A DNA stretch of 64,000 nucleotides from Candidatus Methanomethylophilus sp. UBA78 (GTDB taxonomy: Archaea > Thermoplasmatota > Thermoplasmata > Methanomassiliicoccales > Methanomethylophilaceae): NCBI GenBank assembly GCA_002503545.1, contig DARY01000027.1, positions 4,165 through 68,164 on the forward strand. Reading direction: 5' to 3'. Both the position numbers and the translations under genes were made by a program. How positions within the stretch are numbered: position 1 is the first letter of the stretch; each line of letters begins with the position of its first letter. Shown here one piece after another: positions 1-9,863 of this stretch. The notes beneath the pieces were generated by a model. That model made no database searches and was not told the origin of the DNA. It saw only the letters and a list, made by a program, of their open reading frames with translations.

Positions 1-249
1 GATGGTCTCGTAGACGGAGCCCATCTTGGAGATGATGATGTCCATCGACTTCCAAATGGCCTTCAGCTGGTCCAGCTGTCCGCTGGTGGACACCTCGAAG
101 GTCACACTGACCAGGATCCTCTGGTTGACCATCTGTTCGCGGTCGTGGACCACGCCCACTATGTTCCCGTCCACCATCGATATGGGCTCGAGGGAGCCGA
201 CCAGTTGGCCCGGTAGGTCTCTGACGTAGAGCTCTGCGTTTACCATCAT
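1..249 (-). CDS. ACT-domain amino-acid-binding protein (homoserine dehydrogenase regulator-like), truncated by window edge
   Basis: Manual translation from ATG 249/246: MVNAELYVRDLPGQLVGSLEPISMVDGNIVGVVHDRE..., with the ACT-type D-x-P-G-x-L and GNI motifs; not in ORF track. Confidence 0.7.
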   Translation of the reverse strand, partial: MMVNAELYVRDLPGQLVGSLEPISMVDGNIVGVVHDREQMVNQRILVSVTFEVSTSGQLDQLKAIWKSMDIIISKMGSVYETI

Positions 250-403
250 TTCGAATCACCGGACAAAGTCCTAAGGTTATGTGACCATCTGATGCGTATC
301 ATTATATAAAAAATAGGACAGGCGCACGCATGCGCGGACCGTCTGGAACGCCCCGAACATATTCGGTGTCTTGATTATATCGCCGCAAGGGCATCATCGG
401 GGC

Positions 404-838
404 ATGTACGAGAGGGTCCTTATCACTACCGACGGCAGCGAGAGCAATAAGGATGCGGTGAACAGCGGGTTGGAACTGGCCAGCAGGTTCGGTTCTAAGG
501 TCACGGCGCTCTGCGTCTTCGACGTGGGGAGCTACGGGAACATAGCGCAGACCTACGGTCTAGGGGACGAGCGCGAGTACATGATCAAAGCCTGCGAGAG
601 CGCCCTCGAGTACGTCGTCAGCAGGGGCAGGGAGCTCGGCGTGGAGGTCACGCCGAAGATCGTCGCCGGCCATCCGGCGGAGGCCATAGTGGACGAGACC
701 GCCAGCCACGACCTGGTGGTGTGCGGGACCCTCGGCAAGACCGGCATGAAGAGGGTGCTGCTCGGAAGCGTGGCGGAGAAGGTCGTCAGGATGTCCAAGT
801 GCCCCGTGCTGGTGTGCAGGAACCCGGTGGAGGAGTGA
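404..838 (+). CDS. universal stress protein (UspA family)
   Basis: MYERVLITTDGS N-terminus; GTLGKTGMKRVLLGSVAEKVVRMSKCPVLV C-terminal USP signature. Confidence 0.92.
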   Translation: MYERVLITTDGSESNKDAVNSGLELASRFGSKVTALCVFDVGSYGNIAQTYGLGDEREYMIKACESALEYVVSRGRELGVEVTPKIVAGHPAEAIVDETASHDLVVCGTLGKTGMKRVLLGSVAEKVVRMSKCPVLVCRNPVEE

Positions 839-842
839 GACC

Positions 843-1388
843 CTGGAAGCCGAAGGCACCTTCGAATGTCCCGGCTGCGGCGGGCGCATGGCCCGGCATG
901 CTAACTTCTGTCTCTCGTGCGGCGCATTCCGCGAGGGGTTCCCGCATACGCAGTACTCCGAGGGGGAGGAGAGGCCTGCTTCTGAAAGACTGCTCGAGGA
1001 CTGCGGTCTCCGGCAGGTGCGCGAGCTGGTGGCGAGGCGCGTCAGCTCCGTCACGACGCTGGCGATCCTCGCCTGGGTCTTCATAGCGGTCGCGGAGGTG
1101 TCGTCGTACGTCATCATCCCCCGTCTCACGGAGGGACTGTTCCCGGAGAGCGTCCCGCTGGAGTGCTGGGTCATGCTGTCCAGCGGCCTGTGCGCCCTCA
1201 TGAGCGCCCTGCTCTGCCGCCGGAGGGGGTACTGGGACCTGGCGGCGGTCTCGTGCGCCGTGGCCGCATGCATGCCTCTGGCACTTGTGCTGGCGGGCGA
1301 CGTCTACGGTCTGGTGTACGTGGCGGCCGGCCTGCTCGTCACGCTGAGGGTCTTCAAGACGAGGTGGGCTTTCTCCCGTCCGTCCTGA
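843..1388 (+). CDS. zinc-ribbon + 3-4 TM membrane protein (probable CTG start at 843; first ATG at 888)
   Basis: In-frame ECPGCGGRMARHANFCLSCG spans the first ATG; hydrophobic C-terminal half. Confidence 0.6.
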   Translation: MEAEGTFECPGCGGRMARHANFCLSCGAFREGFPHTQYSEGEERPASERLLEDCGLRQVRELVARRVSSVTTLAILAWVFIAVAEVSSYVIIPRLTEGLFPESVPLECWVMLSSGLCALMSALLCRRRGYWDLAAVSCAVAACMPLALVLAGDVYGLVYVAAGLLVTLRVFKTRWAFSRPS

Positions 1389-1447
1389 CGTCCGCCTTCC
1401 GGACGGAACGGCCCGGTATGCATTTCGACCATACGAAAACACAATCG

Positions 1448-1476
1448 GTGTTACGATGATGGGCAAATTTTATTAC
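1448..1476. promoter_or_regulatory. candidate operator GTGTTAC-N15-TTATTAC overlapping the cfb operon TATA region
   Basis: Near-identical motif with the same spacing at 61607-61635, upstream of hemA. Confidence 0.5.
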
Positions 1477-1498
1477 CAAACCTGTCTTTGTCGTCCCC

Positions 1499-2305
1499 AT
1501 GCGCAGGATCGCGATATACGGCAAGGGCGGTATCGGGAAGTCGACCACGTCGTCCAACATAACCGATGCCCTGGCCGAGAGCGGGAAGAAGGTAATGCAG
1601 ATCGGGTGCGACCCCAAGGCCGACTCCACGCGCCTGCTGACCGGTACCGACAGACCCATCACGGTCCTCGAGCTGATGAGGGACGGCAGGGAGCTGGAAC
1701 TGGGGGATTTCGTCCGCGAGGGCAGGCACGGTTGCCTCTGCGTCGAGTGCGGGGGCCCCCGTCCGGGCATGGGCTGTGCGGGGCGCGGGATCATGGCCGC
1801 GTTCGCCGAGATGGAGCGCCTCGACGCCGTCGCCGAATATGACCCAGACGTGATAATCTACGACGTCCTCGGGGACGTCGTCTGCGGCGGTTTCGCCATG
1901 CCCATCAGGAACGGGTACGCCCGCGACGTGTTCGTCGTCACCTCGGGGGAGATGATGTCCCTCTATGCGGCCGGGAACATCGCGGAGGCGGTGGCCGGGT
2001 TCAGGGAGGACGGCTACGCCCGTTTCGGAGGGCTGATCCAGAACTCCAGGAACGTGAAGGACGAGGACGCCCTCGTCGATTCGCTGGCCGCGGAGATAGG
2101 CAGCAGAACGGTCTTCAGGCTCCGGAGGAGTCCCGAGGTCCAGCTCTGCGAGGGCAGGGGGACCACGGTCGTATCCGGTTCCCCGGATTCGGAGATGGCC
2201 GATGAATACAGGAAGCTGGCACATGTCCTCATGGAGCTCTCGGAGGATGTATCCGGGGGCATGAGGTTGGGCGGTCCTGCGACAGGTTGTGATTGCAATG
2301 ACTAA
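1499..2305 (+). CDS. cfbC: Ni-sirohydrochlorin a,c-diamide reductive cyclase, NifH-like reductase subunit
   Basis: [26 protein letters not shown] and [14 protein letters not shown] motifs; first gene of the cfb cluster. Confidence 0.85.
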   Translation: MRRIAIYGKGGIGKSTTSSNITDALAESGKKVMQIGCDPKADSTRLLTGTDRPITVLELMRDGRELELGDFVREGRHGCLCVECGGPRPGMGCAGRGIMAAFAEMERLDAVAEYDPDVIIYDVLGDVVCGGFAMPIRNGYARDVFVVTSGEMMSLYAAGNIAEAVAGFREDGYARFGGLIQNSRNVKDEDALVDSLAAEIGSRTVFRLRRSPEVQLCEGRGTTVVSGSPDSEMADEYRKLAHVLMELSEDVSGGMRLGGPATGCDCND

Positions 2306-3080
2306 AGGGATAATGATTGTAGGCTACGGCACCAGGAAAGGGAATTTGGAGGAGATCCTCTTCAGGCAGGCCGCCCGCATGAGGGCGAGGGGCATAGACA
2401 ACGTTTACGTCGCATACTTCCGCGTCAGCACCCCCTCCATCCCCGCGGCCCTGGAGCAGATGGCCGCCGACGGCATCGACGACATCCTCGTCATGCCCTA
2501 CTACATAGCCGAGGGCAAGCTCACCCACGACCTGATCCCGGGGAAGCTGGGTATCTCCAGGAACGTAGGTACCGTCGAGGTCGGCGGCAGGAACGTGAAG
2601 GTGCGCATGGCCCCCGCCTTCGGCGGCAGCCCCGTCCTCGCGGACATCGTCTGCGACAGGGTGGCGGACGCCGGCGGGAGCAAGGACGACGGCGTCATGA
2701 TCATCGGCCACGGGTCGAGGGACGACATGTCGGGCAACAAGGAGGTCATGGAGGCCAACGCCTCGCGCCTGAAGGCGAGGGGGTACGCCCACGTCGCCTA
2801 CACCTTCAACGAGTTCTGCGAACCCACCATCGCCGAGGCCGTGGCGGGCCTCGCCGGGGAGGGAGTCGGGAAGATCGTGGCGGTCCCCCTTTTCGTGGCG
2901 ATGGGGCTGCACCTCGGGGAGGAGGTCCCCGAGCAGATCGGCATCCCCGCCTACTCGCAGGGAGGGACCATCACGGCCGGCGGCAGGAAGATCGAGGTGA
3001 AGTACACCAAACCCGTCGAGGACGACCCGCGCCTGCTCGAAATCATGGTCGCGGGAGCCAAAAACTTCTACGTGATGTAA
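2298..3080 (+). CDS. cfbA: two-domain CbiX/CfbA-type sirohydrochlorin chelatase (copy 1)
   Basis: Duplicated CbiX fold; GHGS and [10 protein letters not shown] in the C-terminal domain; lies within the cfb operon. Confidence 0.75.
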   Translation: MTKGIMIVGYGTRKGNLEEILFRQAARMRARGIDNVYVAYFRVSTPSIPAALEQMAADGIDDILVMPYYIAEGKLTHDLIPGKLGISRNVGTVEVGGRNVKVRMAPAFGGSPVLADIVCDRVADAGGSKDDGVMIIGHGSRDDMSGNKEVMEANASRLKARGYAHVAYTFNEFCEPTIAEAVAGLAGEGVGKIVAVPLFVAMGLHLGEEVPEQIGIPAYSQGGTITAGGRKIEVKYTKPVEDDPRLLEIMVAGAKNFYVM

Positions 3081-3096
3081 TCCCATAGGAGAGGAC

Positions 3097-3882
3097 ATGA
3101 CCAAGGGAGTACTGCTGATCGGGTACGGCACGCGCACGGGCAACCTGGAGAAGATCCTGGGCAGGCAGCTGGAGAGACTGAACGCCAGGGGCCGGGAGAG
3201 GGTCTACCTGGGGTACTACAGGGTGAGCGAACCCTCCATAGGGGAGGCCCTCCGCAGGATGGCCTCCGACGGGATAGACGACGTCCTGGCGATCCCGTAC
3301 TACATAGCCGAGGGCAGGCTCACCTACGAGCTCATACCCCGGAGCATGGGCGTGTCCATCGGCGGTAACGGCGAGACGGTCGTCGGCGGCAGGAGGATGA
3401 GGATCTCCATGTCCCCCGCCTTCGGCATGACCCGTACGCTCTTCAACATACTGTGCGACAGGATAGCCGAGTCCGGCTGCGGGAAGGATGCCGGGATGCT
3501 CATCGTGGGCCACGGCTCCCGGGACGTGGGCAGCAGCAACAAGGCGATAATCGAGATGAACGCGGAGCGCCTCCGCAAGGCGGGGTACTCCCACGTGGCC
3601 TACGCCTTCAACGAGTTCGACGACCCCCCGATAAAGGAGGCCCTCTCGGGACTCGCGGCCGAGGGTGTGGGCGAGGTCGTCGTCCTGCCGCTGTTCATAG
3701 CGACGGGGGTGCATCTCTGCGAGGATGTCGCGGAGAAGATAGGCATCCCGAAGTACTCCTCCGGCGGCGACGTGGAGGTGGACGGGAGGAGGATCTCCGT
3801 GAAGTACATGAGGCCCGTGGAGGACGACCCGCGCCTGCTCGAGCTCATCGATTCGGAGATCTCCGATTTCTACGGTGACTGA
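3097..3882 (+). CDS. two-domain CbiX/CfbA-type sirohydrochlorin chelatase (copy 2)
   Basis: Clear tandem paralog of 2298-3080 ([27 protein letters not shown] shared). Confidence 0.75.
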   Translation: MTKGVLLIGYGTRTGNLEKILGRQLERLNARGRERVYLGYYRVSEPSIGEALRRMASDGIDDVLAIPYYIAEGRLTYELIPRSMGVSIGGNGETVVGGRRMRISMSPAFGMTRTLFNILCDRIAESGCGKDAGMLIVGHGSRDVGSSNKAIIEMNAERLRKAGYSHVAYAFNEFDDPPIKEALSGLAAEGVGEVVVLPLFIATGVHLCEDVAEKIGIPKYSSGGDVEVDGRRISVKYMRPVEDDPRLLELIDSEISDFYGD

Positions 3883-3883
3883 G

Positions 3884-5095
3884 ATGAAGGTTCTCATATT
3901 GGATATGGTGCACGGCGGCAAGGTCCTGGCGAAATCCTACCTCGACAGGGGGTGCGAGGTGACCGCCGTGGATGTCTACAAGATAACCCCGAACGACATA
4001 CTGAAGGACATACGCCACATGGGTGCCCGGGTGGCGGACGAGGTCCCCGCGGAGCACTTCGACCTGGTCGCGATGCCCTGCCACTGCCCCGATTCGTTCA
4101 TCGGCGCCGCGACCTACGGCAGGAGGATATTCTTCTCCGAGGCCGTGCGCGACATGATCTCCGACAGGAGGTTCAGGATCGAGATCACCGGGGTCAAGGG
4201 GAAGACCAGCACCTGCTACGTGCTGGCACATATACTCTCCCTCACCGGGAGGAAGGTGTACCTGCACACCTCGAGGGGCATGGGGCCCTACGCCATGGGG
4301 AAGCATTTCATCACCGAGCTGAAGTCCATCGCACCCCCCATGCTGCTGACCCTCCCCAAGGGGGAGTACGACGTCATGGTGTGCGAGGTCTCCCTGGGAG
4401 GTTCCGGGAAGGCCGACATAGCCGGCATAACGAACCTCCTGGAGAACTACGGGATAGCCCGGAACACCAGGACTGCGGAGTCCGGCAAGAAGGACGTGCT
4501 CTGCGACGGGATCAACGTGGTCCCGGAGGCGGAGAAGGGTATCTGGGACAAATACGGCAAGCCCCTCAGGACCTACGGGAGGAGGGTGGCCGTCGCCGGT
4601 AAGCCGGAGTTCGGCAGGCCCCTCGCGGTGTCCGTCGCCTACCGCGGCGAACATGCGGTCGAACTGAGGCCGGACTATCTGGCACTGCAGTACCTGGACG
4701 CCATGGACATGGCGCTGGAGATCTGCGACGCCATGGACGTCCCGGCCGAGACGGTCCTGGAGGGGCTGCGCACCTTCCCCGGGGTACCCGGTAGGGGCGA
4801 GGTCTCGGTGGAGGGCGGCGTGAGGTACCTGCGCGACAGGAACCCCGGGGTCTCCCACATGTCGGTCGAGAGGACCTTCTCCTGCCTGAAGGAGATGGGG
4901 GCCCTGGACGATGCGGTCCTGATAATCGATCCCGTCAGCAGGAAGGTCTGCGACAAGATGGACAAGGACCTCATAGCGGACGTCGCCGCGAAGTACGGCG
5001 TCCCCATGATCGTCACGGACGGCAAGGGTTCCGCGGAGGATGTGCCAGAGGGTATGAAGACGGTGATTAGGATGTTCAAGGAGGGCTACCAGTGA
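3884..5095 (+). CDS. cfbE: coenzyme F430 synthase (Mur-ligase-like)
   Basis: LDMVHGG N-terminus, ITGVKGKTST P-loop, EVSLGGSG, NYGIA; cfb context. Confidence 0.9.
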   Translation: MKVLILDMVHGGKVLAKSYLDRGCEVTAVDVYKITPNDILKDIRHMGARVADEVPAEHFDLVAMPCHCPDSFIGAATYGRRIFFSEAVRDMISDRRFRIEITGVKGKTSTCYVLAHILSLTGRKVYLHTSRGMGPYAMGKHFITELKSIAPPMLLTLPKGEYDVMVCEVSLGGSGKADIAGITNLLENYGIARNTRTAESGKKDVLCDGINVVPEAEKGIWDKYGKPLRTYGRRVAVAGKPEFGRPLAVSVAYRGEHAVELRPDYLALQYLDAMDMALEICDAMDVPAETVLEGLRTFPGVPGRGEVSVEGGVRYLRDRNPGVSHMSVERTFSCLKEMGALDDAVLIIDPVSRKVCDKMDKDLIADVAAKYGVPMIVTDGKGSAEDVPEGMKTVIRMFKEGYQ

Positions 5096-6174
5096 ACACG
5101 GCGGTCATCCATCCCCGCCCCAATCCGATAGTGGCGGCGATGTACACGGTCCGCGACATGGACGTGGACGTCATCGTCCTCCACGGGCCGGCCGGCTGCA
5201 GTTTCATGGCCTCGAGGCCCCTGGAGAACGCCGGCGTGAGGGTGGTGACCTCCGCCCTGAAGGACAACGACCTCATCTTCGGGGGCGCCGAGTCGCTGGT
5301 CAGGACCCTCAGGGAGGTCAAGAACAAGTTCAATCCAAAGACCGTCGCTGTCGTCGGCACATGTGCCAGCACCATAATAGGCGACGACATGGCGGCCGCC
5401 ATCAAAAGGGCGGACATCGGCTGCAACGTCTTCCCGGTTGACTGCCACGGCTGCATGGCGGCCAACACCGACGGGGCCATCATGGCCCTGAGGGCCGGCG
5501 CCAAGGCCGGCATCATATCGGCGGAGGAGCGCGATCGCCAGACGGCGCTCCTCAAGGCCGCCACCGACCTGGAGAGGCAGAGGGGCATGGCCGCCAGGAC
5601 GTACCTCTCCCCGGCCGTGAGCCCTACCAAGCTGCACGTCTGCCGGCGCATCGCCGACGTGCTGAGGTCCGGAGGGAAGGTCGCGGTCGTGATGATCGCG
5701 AAGAAGGAGTTGGCATACCGCTTCGCCGACATGTTCGTCGCCGTCGACGAGGCCCGCAGGAAGCTGGGCGGGAAGATTTTCTTCGCGGCCAACATGGACG
5801 GTTCCGTCGGTCTTCCGAGGATCAGGAGGTACTGCTCCAACATAGCGGCGGAGCTCGATGCGGACGGAGTCGCCATCGACGAGATCGTCGGCGGACTCGA
5901 CGAGTACGCCGTGGTCGGGGAGCGGATGAAGGAGAAGGTCGATGCCTTCGGACCCGACCTCACCATACTGCTGGGTATATGCCATGCTTACCCGGACCCG
6001 AAGAAGGACGACGTGCTCATCACGGACCAGCCGAGGGAGCTGGCCAACTACCTGAACCAGAACTTCCTCTCCGCGGTGGGGGAAGTCGCCTCGCACAGCA
6101 TGGTGATGGGGGCTACCGGCATCGTCCACCTCGAGACGGCCGACACGCTCAGAGAGATCGTCAGGGAGATGTGA
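5092..6174 (+). CDS. cfbD: Ni-sirohydrochlorin a,c-diamide reductive cyclase catalytic subunit (NifD-like)
   Basis: HPRPNPIVAAMYT, HGPAGCSF, GTCASTIIGDD, GGLDEY. Confidence 0.92.
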   Translation: MNTAVIHPRPNPIVAAMYTVRDMDVDVIVLHGPAGCSFMASRPLENAGVRVVTSALKDNDLIFGGAESLVRTLREVKNKFNPKTVAVVGTCASTIIGDDMAAAIKRADIGCNVFPVDCHGCMAANTDGAIMALRAGAKAGIISAEERDRQTALLKAATDLERQRGMAARTYLSPAVSPTKLHVCRRIADVLRSGGKVAVVMIAKKELAYRFADMFVAVDEARRKLGGKIFFAANMDGSVGLPRIRRYCSNIAAELDADGVAIDEIVGGLDEYAVVGERMKEKVDAFGPDLTILLGICHAYPDPKKDDVLITDQPRELANYLNQNFLSAVGEVASHSMVMGATGIVHLETADTLREIVREM

Positions 6175-6175
6175 G

Positions 6176-7510
6176 ATGAAGGGCTTCGTGGTGGCCGGGA
6201 CGGGCAGCGGCGTGGGGAAGACCTCGGTCACCACGGGTCTCCTCTCCCTGCTTTCTAAGAGGTATAGGGTGCAGGCGTTCAAGGCCGGCCCCGATTTCAT
6301 AGACCCCATGTACCACACCGCCGCGACCGGGAGGCCCTCCCGGAACCTGGACTCCTTCATGATGACCGACGACACGATAAGGAACGTCGTCGGATACGCC
6401 TCCCGCGGCGCGGACCTGTGCGTGGTGGAGGGGGTCAGGGGCCTTTACGAGGGGTTCACCGGGGACGGGGAAGTCGGTTCCACCGCCCACATCGCCAAGA
6501 TCCTGGGGTTCCCCGTGGTTCTGGTCGTGGACGCCGGGTCGCTCACGAGGAGCGCGGCCGCCATCGTCAACGGTTTCCGCTCCTTCGACCCCGAGGTCAG
6601 GATCGCCGGCGTCATACTCAACAAGGTCTCCGGCAGGCAGCACGCCGACAAGCTCGACGTCGCCATGGGGACCTACTGCAGGGGGGTGGAGGTCCTGGGG
6701 AAGATACCGAAGGACCGGAACAACACGCTGGGACAGAGGCATCTGGGTCTCAACACCCTGCACTCCTTCGAGCAGGGGGAGATCGAGCCGCTGGAGAGGC
6801 TGGCGGACCCCGTGGACCTGGATGCCCTGATGGGGGTCGCGGAGGAGTGCACGGCCGACCTGCCGTCCTCGCCGCCCTACGTCCAGAGGAAGGCCGGGAT
6901 GACGGCCGCCGTCCCGATGGACGACGCGTATTCGTTCTACTACCGCGAGAACATCGAGTGCCTGGAGGCGTCGGGGATCGAGGTGAGGACCTTCAGGCCG
7001 GCCGACGGGGAGGGCATGCCGGACGCCGACATGGCCTACCTGGGAGGCGGGTATCCCGAGCTCTATGCGGACAGGATATCCTCCAACAGGGACTTCCTCG
7101 ACGGTCTCCGCAACATGTGCCAGGAGGGGAAACCGATCCTGGGGGAGTGCGGCGGTCTGATGACCATGTGCTCCGTCATGACCGACAAATCGGGTGCGGA
7201 GTACCGCATGTCGGGGATCTTCGACGCCAAGGCGGATTTCGTCGACAGGAGGCATGGGCCCACCTACGTCCTGGCGGAGGCCAATCCGAAGAACCCGCTG
7301 TTCTCGGGGCCGATGAGGGGCCACGAGTACCATTACTCCGAGGTGCTGGCACGTGCCGATGCGGAGTTCTGCTTCGACGTGAGGAGGGGCCTGGGGATAA
7401 GGGACGGCAGGGACGGCCTGTTCAGCGGGAATGCCGTCGGCACGTACATGCACCAGCATGCCCTGTCCTGTCAGGACTGGGCCCGCGGTTTCGTCGAGTC
7501 CGTCCGCTGA
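6176..7510 (+). CDS. cfbB: Ni-sirohydrochlorin a,c-diamide synthase (CbiA/CobB family)
   Basis: GSGVGKT, KAGPDFIDP, EGVRGLYEG, ECGG, GHEYHYS; cfb context. Confidence 0.88.
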   Translation: MKGFVVAGTGSGVGKTSVTTGLLSLLSKRYRVQAFKAGPDFIDPMYHTAATGRPSRNLDSFMMTDDTIRNVVGYASRGADLCVVEGVRGLYEGFTGDGEVGSTAHIAKILGFPVVLVVDAGSLTRSAAAIVNGFRSFDPEVRIAGVILNKVSGRQHADKLDVAMGTYCRGVEVLGKIPKDRNNTLGQRHLGLNTLHSFEQGEIEPLERLADPVDLDALMGVAEECTADLPSSPPYVQRKAGMTAAVPMDDAYSFYYRENIECLEASGIEVRTFRPADGEGMPDADMAYLGGGYPELYADRISSNRDFLDGLRNMCQEGKPILGECGGLMTMCSVMTDKSGAEYRMSGIFDAKADFVDRRHGPTYVLAEANPKNPLFSGPMRGHEYHYSEVLARADAEFCFDVRRGLGIRDGRDGLFSGNAVGTYMHQHALSCQDWARGFVESVR

Positions 7511-8142
7511 GCGTACTTCCCCTCGATGGTGCGGGCCTTATCCAGGGCGCCCTTGCGGTCGCCCTCCTTCAGCTTCCGCCATACGGCGTGGTCGTCGAGG
7601 ACCTCCGCCAGGAACGCGGCCCGGTCGGTCTGCAGGGAGATCCTGTCCTTCAGGTCCTTCCTGAGGTCCGTCAGCAGGGAGAGCATCATGTCGTACTCCC
7701 TCCCCAGGAACCCGTCGATCATCTTGGCCACGTACGGGGGGAAGGCGGGCACGGAGCCCTCGGACGATACGGCCACGGTGTAGCCTTCCTTCCTCACCGA
7801 CGAGGGCAGCAGCACGTCCCCTCCCCCGTGGGCGGAGTTCACGAGGATGCCCCTGGACTCGGCCGAGTCCCTTATGGCCGCGTTGAGCTCGGCGCTGTCG
7901 GTCGCCGCGACGGCCATGAACGCCTCCTCGAGATAGGCGGGGACGTCGGAGGGCTTGAAGCGCTCGCTGATTATCTCGTCGCAGACCTCGTCCATTCCCT
8001 GCACGGTCCTCTCCGCGACCACGGTGATGCGGAAGCCCTCGAACTGCTTGCATTTGCGGTAGGCCACCATGCCTCCTCCGAACACCACTATCTTTCTCTT
8101 CTTCGTAGGTTCCAGGAAAACGGGCACCATCCTCGGGGACAT
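7471..8142 (-). CDS. sirC: precorrin-2 dehydrogenase (SirC / CysG N-terminal type)
   Basis: VVFGGGMVAYRK Rossmann motif, AATD..LN, LVN, VAVSSEG..P. Confidence 0.85.
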   Translation of the reverse strand: MSPRMVPVFLEPTKKRKIVVFGGGMVAYRKCKQFEGFRITVVAERTVQGMDEVCDEIISERFKPSDVPAYLEEAFMAVAATDSAELNAAIRDSAESRGILVNSAHGGGDVLLPSSVRKEGYTVAVSSEGSVPAFPPYVAKMIDGFLGREYDMMLSLLTDLRKDLKDRISLQTDRAAFLAEVLDDHAVWRKLKEGDRKGALDKARTIEGKYAQRTDSTKPRAQS

Positions 8143-8447
8143 GAACGGTGATTGCGTTCGTCGATGATAAATCTTTGACGGAAGGCTCCTTTGAGTAACA
8201 CGAATATATATCTTCTTATGCGTAAGTTTAAGTACCGCCGCGGATATCCGTCATGCGGGACGAAAGGCCGGCAGGCACCGCGCGGAGGTCTTTCCCTTCC
8301 CGGGGTTTCGCCTTACTTCCTTCCCCGGGAGGGCCCGGCCGCGGTGCGGGATCCGCTTCCTTCCATGGGCGTGCGGACAGGCGCCGTCCAGCGTTTCCGG
8401 GACATGTTTGGGGTAGGCTTTTTTATTGCATACCGGAATGCTTCATC

Positions 8448-9092
8448 ATGGATCCCGGGTCTGAGAAGGCGGCCATGGAGTTCATAGAGAGCTTCTACAA
8501 GGGGGAGAGCACCGGCCACGATTACTGGCACAGCATCCGCGTCTACAACACCGCGATGACGATATGCGACACGGAGCCGGAGGCCGACCGCGCCATCGTC
8601 GGGATGGCCGCGCTCCTGCACGACCTCGACGACAGGAAACTGGGCGGGGACGAGGACGGCATCCCCGTCGCCAGGGGGTTCTTGCAGACCCACGGGGCGA
8701 CGCAGACCGAGATGAAGGCGATCGACAGGATAATCCACCAGATCTCCTTCAAAGGGGACGATTCGGTGGTACCCGGCTGTCTGGAGGGGAGGATCGTCCA
8801 GGACGCGGACCGTCTGGACGCGATAGGGGCCATCGGCATAGCGAGGGCGTTCGCCTACGGGGGAGCGCACAAGAGGCCGGTGTGGGACCCCAACAGTGTT
8901 CCCAAGGAGAGGATGTCGGCCGAGGAGTACTACCTGAACAGGTCCGACAGCATATCCCACTTCTACGAGAAGCTGCTCAAACTCTATGGCATGATGAACA
9001 CGGCCGAGGGGAAGAGGCTGGCACAGAGGAGGCACGAGTACATTGTGGCCTACCTCGACGAGTTCATGGCCGAATGGAAGGGGCTCAGGTAA
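8448..9092 (+). CDS. HD-domain phosphohydrolase (YedJ-like)
   Basis: GHDYWHSIRV, LLHDLDDRK, VQDADRLDAIGAIGIARAF, HFYEKLLKL. Confidence 0.9.
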   Translation: MDPGSEKAAMEFIESFYKGESTGHDYWHSIRVYNTAMTICDTEPEADRAIVGMAALLHDLDDRKLGGDEDGIPVARGFLQTHGATQTEMKAIDRIIHQISFKGDDSVVPGCLEGRIVQDADRLDAIGAIGIARAFAYGGAHKRPVWDPNSVPKERMSAEEYYLNRSDSISHFYEKLLKLYGMMNTAEGKRLAQRRHEYIVAYLDEFMAEWKGLR

Positions 9093-9174
9093 GGGTCTTC
9101 TGGCCCCGCCGCACCGGGCCAGACAAGGCTCTGTCCGAAACGCTTATATGTAAAATCATAATTGGGTTGGATAA

Positions 9175-9247
9175 GCTCCTGTAGTGTAGCGGCCAATCAT
9201 GAAGCCCTCTCGAGGCTTCGACACGGGTCCAAATCCCGTCGGGAGCA
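9175..9247 (+). tRNA. tRNA-Glu (CTC)
   Basis: Cloverleaf: acceptor GCTCCTG/CGGGAGC, anticodon arm AAGCC-CT CTC GA-GGCTT, T arm ACGGG-TCCAAAT-CCCGT. Confidence 0.92.
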
Positions 9248-9863
9248 CTTATCATTCTCTCATATCCAGATTATTCATTGGGTACAACTGCCTTCATCTC
9301 TAACAACCATGGTCTCACCTCGAGGTCAGGGGCCGCCACCGCCTCGCCGACCATGTTCGCCGCACGTTCAAGGTCGTCGAAGATGTCATCCGCGTTCGGA
9401 GGTGTTCGGTCCGAGGCCGTGTTTTCAGATCCGAGGATCGAATGGGAACGGATGCCGAATCTTCTGTATCGATGGTTTTAAGTCCGATTGCAGATGCAGT
9501 GTTGCGGGTCGCTCCTTCAGCGATTCAGTGGGGGGATTGTGGTCCCTCGACCACTCACCCCTGCACCTTTTCGCGATCCCCCGTCAGTCCGGGAATATCG
9601 TCAGTCCGCATCCTATGGCAATCGTCGAACATTACTTACGACGATTAGAACCAATCAGTCACGTGGAAAGGAAGCGGTCCGTCTCCTGGGAAGGGAACGT
9701 TCCGCCCGAAGGCGGCGGCCTTCCGTCTTTACATTCCGGGAAGATATCTGGCTATTTTGCGGATTAACGGTAAACAATCATTAATTTCCCTTGTATGCAT
9801 TCTATAAAATCTCAACCGTAAGGGTCATCAATTAAATACGAAGTATAATTTGAGCGCTCCGTT

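Noticed and set aside
1499-6174. Nitrogenase (nifH/nifD)
   Set aside because: Short NifD-like protein, no nifK/E/N/B, and chelatase/Mur-ligase/amidase context indicate F430 biosynthesis
9480-9760. Cobalamin riboswitch or other structured RNA
   Set aside because: Only a short CCCGCAAC-like match; no B12 box or consistent architecture found
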